Part shown: positions 56,188-64,000 of the stretch, piece by piece | How the letters are laid out: each line of letters starts with the position of its first letter | Numbering within the stretch: the first letter of the stretch is position 1 | From: Bacteroidota bacterium | Lineage (GTDB): Bacteria; Bacteroidota; Bacteroidia; Flavobacteriales_D; Luteibaculaceae | Reading direction: 5' to 3' | Assembly: GCA_040386675.1 (NCBI GenBank) | Contig: JAZKEZ010000018.1 | Location: 4,799-68,798, forward strand | DNA: 64,000 nt | Program-made: the position numbers and the translations under genes | The notes under the pieces: generated by a model | What the model saw: only the letters and a program-made list of their open reading frames with translations | Told to the model about the DNA's origin: nothing | Database searches by the model: none

Positions 56188-56223
56188 AGCGTGAGGGTTG
56201 AGCAAAACGCATTCCAATCTGTA

Positions 56224-56306
56224 GTGATTTGATAATTAGATGATTAGATGATTTGATCAGCCGCTGACCAAATCATCTGATTATCAAATTAGCTAATCAT
56301 CTCATC
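56224..56306. repeat. GATGATT-word palindrome overlapping the leuS stop
   Basis: The left arm is GTGATTTGATAATTAGATGATTAGATGATTTGATCAG and the loop is CCG. The right arm is CTGACCAAATCATCTGATTATCAAATTAGCTAATCATCTCATC. The central 14 bp has one mismatch. Confidence 0.78.
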
Positions 56307-59259
56307 AATATACAATGTTCACGATCTTATTCGGAACCACGATGATCTTTTTCGGAGCTTTTCCTTCCAGGTATTTCGTGGTGGCTTCCCATCCGAGTAC
56401 TTCGGCTTCGATCTGTTCGCGGGTGTAGGCAGCAGGAATGTCGAGCGTAAACCGCATTTTTCCGTTGAACTGGACCGGGTAACTCACTGAATCTTCTACG
56501 AGATACGATGCGTTGAAGTCCGGCCATGCGGCTTGCGTAACCGTTTGTTCATGACCGAGTTTTTCCCAAAGCTCCTCGGCAATGTGAGGTGCAAATGGAG
56601 AGAGGAGAACAACCAGCGGCTCAAGGATGCTGCGTTTGCTGCACTTCAGTTCGCCGAGTTCATTTACTGCGATCATGAATGCGCTCACCACGGTATTGAA
56701 CGAGTAACGCTCGATATCGTCGTTTACCTTTTTGATGGTTTTGTGAAGAACCTTCAGTTCAGCCGGAGTCGCTGCATCTTCCGATAGGTTGAAACCGGAT
56801 GGAGCGGTGAACAGTCTCCAGAATTTTCTCAGGAAACCGCTTACACCTGAAATACCGTTGGTGTTCCACGGTTTGTGCTGCTCGATCGGACCGAGGAACA
56901 TCTCGTAGATACGCAGCGTGTCGGCACCAAGTTCGTTGCAGATCACATCCGGGTTGATCACGTTCCACTTGGATTTCGACATTTTCTCTACCTCAGATTT
57001 GGTGCGGAAAACATCTGAACCGTCTTTCAGCCTGTGGAAAGTACCCTGCCACCAGTATCCGCCTTCACACACGAAAACCGCATCGGCAAAATCATCTCTC
57101 CATTCGCCGAGTTTGCTCATGTTTTCCGGGCTGATTACGGAGTTTTCGGTCAGGGAAATGTCGATGTTGTGTTCGTTTGACTCGAAATTCAGTGCAATTT
57201 TCAGGTCGTGGCTGTAGTATGCGCTTACCAGCTGATCGTTGAACTCCACCGGAGTAATGTCTTTACCGTTGAAGAAATGTACGGTGTTGCTTTTGCCCGA
57301 ATGACCGGCAACGCTCAACACTTTCAGGGTATGTATCTTTTCTGAAACGCCCTGGATCATCCCCTGGTTGATCAGTTTCTTAGCCGGTTCGGTGATCCCG
57401 ATATAGCCCAGGTCGTGCAGGAATTTGGTCCAGAAACGGAAGTAGAGCAGGTGACCGGTAGCGTGTTCTGCACCACCTATGTAGAGGTCGATCTGCTGCC
57501 AGTAATCGGCAATGGAACGCGAAACAAAGTTGTTTACGCCGTTCGGTTCCATGTAGCGCAGGAAGTACCACGAACTCCCGGCCCAGCCTGGCATCGTGGT
57601 AAGCTCTACTGGATAACCTTCACCATTGGCAACCAGCCCGATCTCCGGGTCATAGTTCCAGGTTTCGGCACGTGCCAGTGGCGGCTCTCCGTCGGTCGTC
57701 GGAAGGAATTTATCCACCTCCGGAAGTACCAGCGGAAGGTGCTCATCTTTAAAGGTTTTGGCTACACCGTCTTTGTAGTATACCGGGATGGGTTCTCCCC
57801 AGTAGCGCTGGCGGCCGAAGATCGCATCGCGCAAACGGTAGTTCACTTTTCCTTTCCCGATCCCTTTTTCTTCCAGTCGCACGATACACATCTTGATGGC
57901 GTCGTAACCGGTCAATCCATTCAGGAAATCGGAATTGATCATTCTGGCCTCCTTCGTCGGATCGGCTTTCTCAGAAATGTCTACGCCTTCAAATACCGCG
58001 GGTATCGGAAGGTTGAAATGTTTTGCAAAATCGTAATCGCGCTGGTCACCACACGGAACGGCCATAACAGCCCCGGTTCCGTAACCGGCCAGTACGTAAT
58101 CACCGATCCATACCGGGATTTGTGCACCGGTAAACGGGTGAATGGCATAGGCACCGGTAAACTGCCCGGTGATCTTTTTCACATCGGCCATCCGGTCGCG
58201 CTCGGAACGGTTGCTGGCGTAGTGAACGTATTCCTCAACGGCGGTTTTATGTTCTGCTGTAGTGATCTTGGAAACGAGTTCATGCTCGGGAGCAACCACC
58301 AGGAAACTCACGCCAAACAAGGTGTCAGGACGGGTAGTAAATACCGGGATCTTAGCCTCTGAGCCTTCCACGCGAAATGATAATTCGGCACCGACGCTTT
58401 TCCCGATCCAGTTGCGCTGTGATTCTTTGATGCTTTCGGTCCAGTCGATCGCATCGAGGTCGTTGTAGAGACGTTCGGCATAAGCGGTAATGCGTAAGCT
58501 CCACTGTTTCATAAGCTTGCGTTCTACCGGGTAGCCGCCGCGTTCAGAAACGCCGTCTTTTACTTCCTCGTTGGCCAGTACGGTTCCCATTGCGGCGCAC
58601 CAGTTCACGTAGGTTTCGCTCAGGTAGGCCAGCCTGAAATTCAACAGGATCTCCTCCTGTTTCTTCTCGCCGAAAGCTTTCCATTCTTCTGCGTTGAAGG
58701 GAACGATGTCGTGCTCGATATCGCCGGTAAGGAATTCGTGGTCGGAACCGTTGAATCCTTCGGTCTCAAACAGGTTGATCAGTTTGAAGATCGGTTCGGC
58801 TTTCTGTAATTTGTAGTTGTAAAAGCTGTTGAACAACTGGGTAAAGATCCACTGCGTCCAGCGGTAGTACTCCGGATCGCTGGTGCGTACCTCACGGTCC
58901 CAATCGAATGAGAAACCGATGCGGTCGAGTTGTTCACGGTACCGTGCAATGTTTTCTTCGGTAGTGACCGCGGGATGTTGCCCGGTCTGGATGGCGTACT
59001 GCTCGGCAGGAAGTCCGAAGCTGTCGTAACCCATGGGGTGAAGTACATTGAATCCTTTGTGACGCTTGAACCTGGCAACGATGTCGCTCGCAATGTAACC
59101 CAGCGGGTGACCAACGTGAAGTCCCGCCCCGCTTGGGTAAGGGAACATGTCGAGCACGTAATAGTTTGGTTTTTCGCTGTGGTTGGAAGTGGCGTAGGTC
59201 TTATCTGCTTTCCAGCGTGCCTGCCATTTTTGTTCGATGTCCTGGGGATTGTACTCCAT
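56305..59259 (-). CDS. leuS: leucine--tRNA ligase
   Basis: HIGH motif (GLHVGHPLGY), KMSKSK motif, CP1 editing domain blocks. 984 aa. Confidence 0.97.
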   Translation of the reverse strand: MEYNPQDIEQKWQARWKADKTYATSNHSEKPNYYVLDMFPYPSGAGLHVGHPLGYIASDIVARFKRHKGFNVLHPMGYDSFGLPAEQYAIQTGQHPAVTTEENIARYREQLDRIGFSFDWDREVRTSDPEYYRWTQWIFTQLFNSFYNYKLQKAEPIFKLINLFETEGFNGSDHEFLTGDIEHDIVPFNAEEWKAFGEKKQEEILLNFRLAYLSETYVNWCAAMGTVLANEEVKDGVSERGGYPVERKLMKQWSLRITAYAERLYNDLDAIDWTESIKESQRNWIGKSVGAELSFRVEGSEAKIPVFTTRPDTLFGVSFLVVAPEHELVSKITTAEHKTAVEEYVHYASNRSERDRMADVKKITGQFTGAYAIHPFTGAQIPVWIGDYVLAGYGTGAVMAVPCGDQRDYDFAKHFNLPIPAVFEGVDISEKADPTKEARMINSDFLNGLTGYDAIKMCIVRLEEKGIGKGKVNYRLRDAIFGRQRYWGEPIPVYYKDGVAKTFKDEHLPLVLPEVDKFLPTTDGEPPLARAETWNYDPEIGLVANGEGYPVELTTMPGWAGSSWYFLRYMEPNGVNNFVSRSIADYWQQIDLYIGGAEHATGHLLYFRFWTKFLHDLGYIGITEPAKKLINQGMIQGVSEKIHTLKVLSVAGHSGKSNTVHFFNGKDITPVEFNDQLVSAYYSHDLKIALNFESNEHNIDISLTENSVISPENMSKLGEWRDDFADAVFVCEGGYWWQGTFHRLKDGSDVFRTKSEVEKMSKSKWNVINPDVICNELGADTLRIYEMFLGPIEQHKPWNTNGISGVSGFLRKFWRLFTAPSGFNLSEDAATPAELKVLHKTIKKVNDDIERYSFNTVVSAFMIAVNELGELKCSKRSILEPLVVLLSPFAPHIAEELWEKLGHEQTVTQAAWPDFNASYLVEDSVSYPVQFNGKMRFTLDIPAAYTREQIEAEVLGWEATTKYLEGKAPKKIIVVPNKIVNIVY

Positions 59260-59327
59260 TATGCGTGGTAAAAAGTATTGGTCGGATGAAGGTTGATGAT
59301 CCCGATAATGTATCGTGATTCAGCCGG

Positions 59328-59335
59328 CAAATATA
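59328..59335 (-). promoter_or_regulatory. candidate -7 box TATATTTG for leuS
   Basis: Exact TAnnTTTG on the minus strand, about 68 nt upstream of ATG 59259. Confidence 0.4.
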
Positions 59336-59354
59336 TTCCGATTTTTGAAGGTGC

Positions 59355-59531
59355 GTTCGAATGTCAAACGGTTGCTAAACTCTGTGGTCATACGATAGTC
59401 ATAAGGTTGTCAAACAGTTGTCATATATGGTCAAATGGTATCAGAGCTTTTTCCTGGAAATGATCTTCGATCAGCCGGAATCACTCTACAACTTATGACA
59501 ACTGAATAACTACTGCGTGACTATCATCATG
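59355..59531. repeat. TTGTCA-word element, second copy
   Basis: Words are GTCAAACGGTTG, GTGGTCAT, TAGTCAT, GTTGTCAA, CAGTTGTCATA and GGTCAA. There is a perfect 11-bp inverted repeat, CAGTTGTCATA (59415-59425) against TATGACAACTG (59494-59504). The right end overlaps the kinase stop at 59527. Confidence 0.68.
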
Positions 59532-61035
59532 CCTTTTTCAACTGTATCCTGAACGTCGTCCCTTTCCCGGGTTCTGAGCGTTTTACAAAGATGTTTCCCT
59601 TGTGGTAATTGTTGATGATGCGTTTGCAGAGCGAAAGTCCAAGTCCCCAGCCGCGCTTTTTGGTGGTGAAGCCCGGTTCGAATACCGTCTGGTGCTGACT
59701 TTTGGGAATCCCTTTCCCGGTATCGGTTACGTCGATGCAGACAAAGCCCGGGCGGTTCCTGAAGGTGAGTGTGATGTCGCCTACACCGTTCATCGCATCT
59801 ACCGCATTCTTGCACAGGTTCTCAATCACCCATTCAAACAGCGGCCGGTTGATCATCGATAAGGGCTGGTCTGATCCGTAATCGTTGATGATCTCGAAGG
59901 TAACTTTGCGCGAAACCCGCGGCCTCAGGTACTCTACAATGGTATTTACCGATTCCAGCACATTGTCTTCGGTCATCTCGGGTTTGGATCCGATCTTCGA
60001 AAAGCGATCGGTAATGGTTTGCAACCGGGCAAGGTCCTTGCCGAGTTCACCCAGTGTTTCCTCATCCACGTTCTTCATGCGGAGCAAATCCATCCAGGCC
60101 ATCAGCGACGACAGCGGAGTTCCCAGCTGGTGAGCAGTTTCCTTCGCCATACCTACCCAAACCTGGTTTTGCTCGGCATTCCTGAATGTGCTGAATAATA
60201 CGTAGGAAACGATCAGGAAGATACCGATCGCCGTAAGCATCAGGTACGGATAGTATTTCAGCTGGGTAAGCAGAAAGCTGTCTTCGTAAAAGATGTAACT
60301 GGCCTGCCGGTCGCCGAGCTTGATAAACAGCGGTTCGTTCTGTTCACGCATGTTATCGATGCGTTCTTTCAGTTTTTTCGGATCTTTTATTTCTGTTGAA
60401 TCGATATTTCCGAAGGCAATCACATTGGTCATGCTTCCGTCGGTATAGATCACCGGAACGGATGCCGAACTGATCACAGTTTCACTGATAAAGGAATTGA
60501 TCAGGTCATCCATGGTCGATTTCAATTCACTGAAAGTCTTACTGTCACGGTAATACAGCAATTGTGTTTCTTCACCCAGTTGAATTTCCAGCGGCCGGTT
60601 GGCTTTGCGCATCAGCGCGAGCTCGTTTTTGAGGTAGTTTTTATCGCTTACGTCGCCTTCAAGGTTTTTTGAGCCGATCACGTTTCCGCTGCGGTCTACC
60701 ACAATAACGGGGATGGTGGTATTATCGGCAATGATGTCGTTGGCAAAGTTTACGTTCGCATTCAGCGGGGCATTGATGAGGTAGGAGATAGCTGAATTCC
60801 AGAGGTCGGCTTTCTTGCGCTCATCGATCCTGAGCTTCTCGAACAGGTCGCGGGTGTAATTCACCAGCTTGGCGCGTTTCTGAATGGCTTCACTCCAGAG
60901 CTTCACCTTCTGGCGCTCTTCCTCCCGGATCTTGGTAACGATCCGTCCGGAATAAAAAAGTGAAATGGCAACAATGATACTTGCCAGTGCAAACAGCGCC
61001 AGCTTGGTATATTGCTTACGGGAATATAAATTCAT
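59527..61035 (-). CDS. sensor histidine kinase (no adjacent response regulator)
   Basis: H-box AHQLGTPLSSLMAWMDLL, N-box LCKNAVDAM, G-boxes DTGKGI and GWGLGLSLCKRII. Two TM segments flank a approx 230-aa periplasmic region. Confidence 0.9.
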   Translation of the reverse strand: MNLYSRKQYTKLALFALASIIVAISLFYSGRIVTKIREEERQKVKLWSEAIQKRAKLVNYTRDLFEKLRIDERKKADLWNSAISYLINAPLNANVNFANDIIADNTTIPVIVVDRSGNVIGSKNLEGDVSDKNYLKNELALMRKANRPLEIQLGEETQLLYYRDSKTFSELKSTMDDLINSFISETVISSASVPVIYTDGSMTNVIAFGNIDSTEIKDPKKLKERIDNMREQNEPLFIKLGDRQASYIFYEDSFLLTQLKYYPYLMLTAIGIFLIVSYVLFSTFRNAEQNQVWVGMAKETAHQLGTPLSSLMAWMDLLRMKNVDEETLGELGKDLARLQTITDRFSKIGSKPEMTEDNVLESVNTIVEYLRPRVSRKVTFEIINDYGSDQPLSMINRPLFEWVIENLCKNAVDAMNGVGDITLTFRNRPGFVCIDVTDTGKGIPKSQHQTVFEPGFTTKKRGWGLGLSLCKRIINNYHKGNIFVKRSEPGKGTTFRIQLKKA

Positions 61036-61042
61036 GATAAAA

Positions 61043-61184
61043 GTTAAGAACTAAGAGTTTAAAACTAAGAGTTTAAACCAGAGTTGTCGGGACATAGTGC
61101 AAAAACTAACGTATGTATCCTTCTTTTAGTCCACATCCCACCTCTCATCTCATAGTTCTTAGCTCTTAACTCTTAGTTCTTAAC
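61043..61184. repeat. MITE-like element with 17-bp terminal inverted repeats
   Basis: GTTAAGAACTAAGAGTT (61043-61059) against AACTCTTAGTTCTTAAC (61168-61184). Each end stutters ..TAAGAG / CTCTTA.. words. The right end supplies the last codons and stop of recJ. Confidence 0.75.
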
Positions 61185-62891
61185 TTCTTTTATGTCTTTG
61201 ATCACCAATTGCAGCGCCACCTGCTCATTCCACACATTCTGTTCGATTGAGTAAGCAATGCTGAACGGTTTCCCGCTTTTAAGCAACGGCAGGAAGCGGT
61301 CGAGTTTGAAGCCTATCGCATCGAAGCGGACAGCAGGATCGTTTTCCTGGTACAGCAGGCATTTCAGATGATTTTCGCCCACGCGCTTGGCAAATCCGGC
61401 ATCGCGGACGTTGTCGGCCCGGAACACGGGTTGCATATTCTCCGGACCGAATGGAGACATGCGGTTGAGCACAGTGGAGAACTTCATGCTGATCTGGTCA
61501 AAATCGAGCGCGGCATCAATAATGATCTCGGGTTGAAGCAATTCTTCGGTAATGCTGGCACAGACTTCAAGCTCAAAAGCCTCGCGAAACAGATCAATAT
61601 TTTCGGGCAACAGGGTAAGTCCGGCGGCGTATTTGTGTCCGCCAAACTGTTCGAGATGCACCGAACAGGCCTCAATGGCACGATATACATCGTAACCTCT
61701 CACCGAACGGGCGCTGCCTGCGACCTTGTCACCACTCCTGGTCAGTACGATCGTGGGCCGGTAATAGGTTTCAGTAAGTCTTGAGGCGACGATGCCTACT
61801 ACACCTTTGTTCCAGTCTTCGTGATACACTACTGTGGTTTTTGCCTGCTGCCAGCTCACACTTCCGGCAATCATGTCGAGTGCTTCTGAGGTGATGCTTT
61901 TGTCGAGGTCTTTTCTGATGGAATTGTTGTCGTCGATGCGCCGGCTGATCTCTCGTGCATCGGCGGCATCGGTAGCAACCAGCAGACTTACGGCCTCACG
62001 GCCCGAAGTAATCCGCCCTGCGGCATTGATCCTCGGAGCAATAGTAAACACCAGGTCGCCAACGCTGAGTTCGCGTTTTATCGCTGCATGCTCAAGCAGC
62101 GCTTTTAACCCCGGCCGCCTGGGGGAATGATTCAGCGCAAACAGTCCGTGGTGACTGAGTATCCGGTTCTCGCCGTTCACAGGCACAATATCAGCAGCGA
62201 TGCTGATCGCAACCAAGTCGAGGTATTGCAACGCCTGTTGTGCGGACCAGCCCTGGCTTTCGCAGAAGGCCTGTACGAGTTTAAATCCCACTCCGCAGCC
62301 GCAAAGTTCCTTGAACGGGTATCCGCAGTCGTTTCGCTTGGGATCGAGTACCGCAACGGCATCGGGAATGGTTTCGCCGGGAAGGTGGTGGTCGCAGATG
62401 ATAAAGTCGATGCCGAACGTATGGGCCAGTCCAACCTTATCGATCGATTTTATTCCGCAGTCGAGCGCGATGATCAGTGAAAATCCCTGTTCATGGGCAT
62501 AATGCACGCCCTGCGAAGAAATTCCGTAGCCCTCTTTGTATCGGTCGGGAATGTAGTAATCTACATTGGGGTAAAAAGATGAGATAAAGCTGTACATCAA
62601 TGCCACCGCGGTTGTACCATCTACATCATAATCACCGTAAACCAGGATTTTTTCGTTCCGGTTTACTGCATTGGTGAGACGCTCTACGGCTTCCTTCATG
62701 TCCTTCATCAGGAAAGGATCGTGAAGGCCTTCGAGTAAGGGTACAAAGAAGGTCCTGGCCTGTTCAAAGTCGGTGATCCCGCGTTGCAGGAGTATAGCCG
62801 CGATGGCCGGGCGAACGTTGATGGCGTTGGCCAGCACATTCACCTGTTCAGTGTCGGGATAAGGAAGTAGGGTCCATCGCTGTGCCTTCAT
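61173..62891 (-). CDS. recJ: single-stranded-DNA-specific exonuclease RecJ
   Basis: DHH motifs (VYGDYDVDGTT, ALDCG, ICDHH) and DHHA1 GGHKYAAG. Confidence 0.95.
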   Translation of the reverse strand: MKAQRWTLLPYPDTEQVNVLANAINVRPAIAAILLQRGITDFEQARTFFVPLLEGLHDPFLMKDMKEAVERLTNAVNRNEKILVYGDYDVDGTTAVALMYSFISSFYPNVDYYIPDRYKEGYGISSQGVHYAHEQGFSLIIALDCGIKSIDKVGLAHTFGIDFIICDHHLPGETIPDAVAVLDPKRNDCGYPFKELCGCGVGFKLVQAFCESQGWSAQQALQYLDLVAISIAADIVPVNGENRILSHHGLFALNHSPRRPGLKALLEHAAIKRELSVGDLVFTIAPRINAAGRITSGREAVSLLVATDAADAREISRRIDDNNSIRKDLDKSITSEALDMIAGSVSWQQAKTTVVYHEDWNKGVVGIVASRLTETYYRPTIVLTRSGDKVAGSARSVRGYDVYRAIEACSVHLEQFGGHKYAAGLTLLPENIDLFREAFELEVCASITEELLQPEIIIDAALDFDQISMKFSTVLNRMSPFGPENMQPVFRADNVRDAGFAKRVGENHLKCLLYQENDPAVRFDAIGFKLDRFLPLLKSGKPFSIAYSIEQNVWNEQVALQLVIKDIKEVKN

Positions 62892-62906
62892 GAGGCAAAA
62901 GTACGA

Positions 62907-63947
62907 TCAGAGCAGGCTTTTATAAACCTCCCAATAGTGTTGTGCCGCATTTTCCCAGGAGAAACGACCAGCCCATTGCGTCGAAAGCTGCTGTTTTTCA
63001 GGTGTCCACGACGAAAGCCCCTTCAACAGTACATCTTTCATTTGGGCAGGATCGAACGTATTCCAGTAAAACGCTTCTTTTCCGCCAATTTCAGGTAAAC
63101 AGGTTGACGTTGAAAGGAATACGGGTTTCCCGGCATTCATCGCCTCAATCACCGGAAGTCCGAAACCTTCACTTCGCGAAGGGAAAACAAACGCAGTACA
63201 GTTGTTGTAATACCACATCTTTTCGGCATCGGTAACCGGTCCGGTAAAAATGATGCGGTTGTGCAGTCCTGCCTGGTCTACGAGGTGATGCAGGAGTTCG
63301 CCGTATTTGGGCTGGGCATTCCCGGAAACTACCAGCTTAAAGTCAGGCAGCATTTTCATCAGCGGAATGAGTACTTCTATATTTTTCCTGGGCTGCAACA
63401 CACCAATGGTAAACAGGAAATTGCCTTTTACCGGCTGCATTGGCGTTGCCGAAGGACCGGGATGCTGCACACATCCGTTGTAAATTACGTGTAACGGCTT
63501 GTCACGGAGGTTGAGGTGCTCGCGAACCTGGTTGGCAGTAAACTCAGAAATGGTAACCACTGCAGACGACCGGTTGATCTTGTTCTGGATCAGACGCAAT
63601 CTCCATTTGTGGCGTAAAGCGTTTCGGTATTTCTCCAGGAAGTTAAGGTCGTGAATGGTAAGCAGAACTTTCGGGCCGCTTTTCGGAACAAAGGGACTGT
63701 CCTGGTGAGTGGTGTGCCACACCGATTTTTGCCCGGCCTGGATGCCGGTATAACGTTGTATGTTCTTGATCAGGTGGTAATTCTGTTCCTCACCAACCGG
63801 TTTTCCGGCTTTCTTGCTCAGCGCAAACTCAAGTTCGGCATCTTCAGGCTGGTAAACCTGGAGCTGTTTCCCAAGGTGAATACAGAATTGGCCAAGCCCT
63901 GAATACGGATTCCTGGCCTTGTCTATTTCAACAACCACTTTATTCAT
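62907..63947 (-). CDS. glycosyltransferase (GT4/GT1-type, GT-B fold)
   Basis: C-terminal EX7E region FVFPSRSEGFGLPVIEAMNAGKPV. 346 aa. Confidence 0.87.
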   Translation of the reverse strand: MNKVVVEIDKARNPYSGLGQFCIHLGKQLQVYQPEDAELEFALSKKAGKPVGEEQNYHLIKNIQRYTGIQAGQKSVWHTTHQDSPFVPKSGPKVLLTIHDLNFLEKYRNALRHKWRLRLIQNKINRSSAVVTISEFTANQVREHLNLRDKPLHVIYNGCVQHPGPSATPMQPVKGNFLFTIGVLQPRKNIEVLIPLMKMLPDFKLVVSGNAQPKYGELLHHLVDQAGLHNRIIFTGPVTDAEKMWYYNNCTAFVFPSRSEGFGLPVIEAMNAGKPVFLSTSTCLPEIGGKEAFYWNTFDPAQMKDVLLKGLSSWTPEKQQLSTQWAGRFSWENAAQHYWEVYKSLL

Positions 63948-64000
63948 GCCATTTCCCCCTGTTCATTAAAGATAGTTTGTGATACTTGAGGTAAGTGGCA

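Noticed and set aside
59675-59683. GGTTCGAAT, the T-arm consensus of tRNAs.
   Set aside because: It lies inside the kinase CDS (it encodes ..EPGFTT.. on the minus strand). No acceptor or anticodon stems can be drawn around it.
1-64000. Defence island, prophage, integrative element or toxin-antitoxin module.
   Set aside because: I found no integrase, transposase, phage structural, restriction or abortive-infection genes, and no TA-like small gene pairs. YraN, the XRE regulator and the YwqK-like lipoprotein are isolated and sit in housekeeping contexts.
63948-64000. Possible 3' end of another minus-strand gene at the right edge.
   Set aside because: Only 53 nt are available, which is too short to support any call.

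Overview
This is a chromosomal segment of a Bacteroidota genome. It is probably class Flavobacteriia, judged from T9SS cargo with type A and type B C-terminal domains, a PorP/SprF gene, SD-less A-rich leaders, TAnnTTTG -7 boxes and a DnaG N-terminus without zinc ligands.

Gene content is mostly housekeeping. In window order: a tandem-domain ABC ATPase (partial), a serine hydrolase, and a HisKA/OmpR two-component pair. Next come a 1,751-aa T9SS type A cargo protein, 3-hydroxyanthranilate dioxygenase and purF. A 2,630-aa T9SS type B cargo protein follows, with PorP/SprF and an OmpA-family gene directly downstream. The minus-strand suf operon is next (A-type carrier, sufBCDSE, DUF59). After it come thiL, yraN, rlmN, a polyprenyl synthase, dnaG, an MscS channel, DUF3050 and sdhCAB. 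The window ends with an XRE regulator, comF, a GAF protein, an Ig-like lipoprotein, a YafV-like amidase with a YbdL-like aminotransferase, an M23 peptidase, tryptophan 2,3-dioxygenase, DUF3108, leuS, an orphan histidine kinase, recJ and a glycosyltransferase.

I found no rRNA, tRNA, CRISPR array, transposase, integrase or recognisable defence gene.

The most unusual content is non-coding. At least a dozen intergenic sites carry palindromes whose arms are built from 2-6 tandem copies of a short 7-16 nt word. The words differ between loci, and three word families are multi-copy. In addition, two divergent four-helix-bundle (23S rRNA IVS-protein / Avd-like) genes sit co-directionally inside the suf and sdh operons. 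Each is bracketed by such partially complementary word repeats, the same topology as an rRNA intervening sequence. Everything here is read by eye from the sequence and the ORF track; no database search was run.
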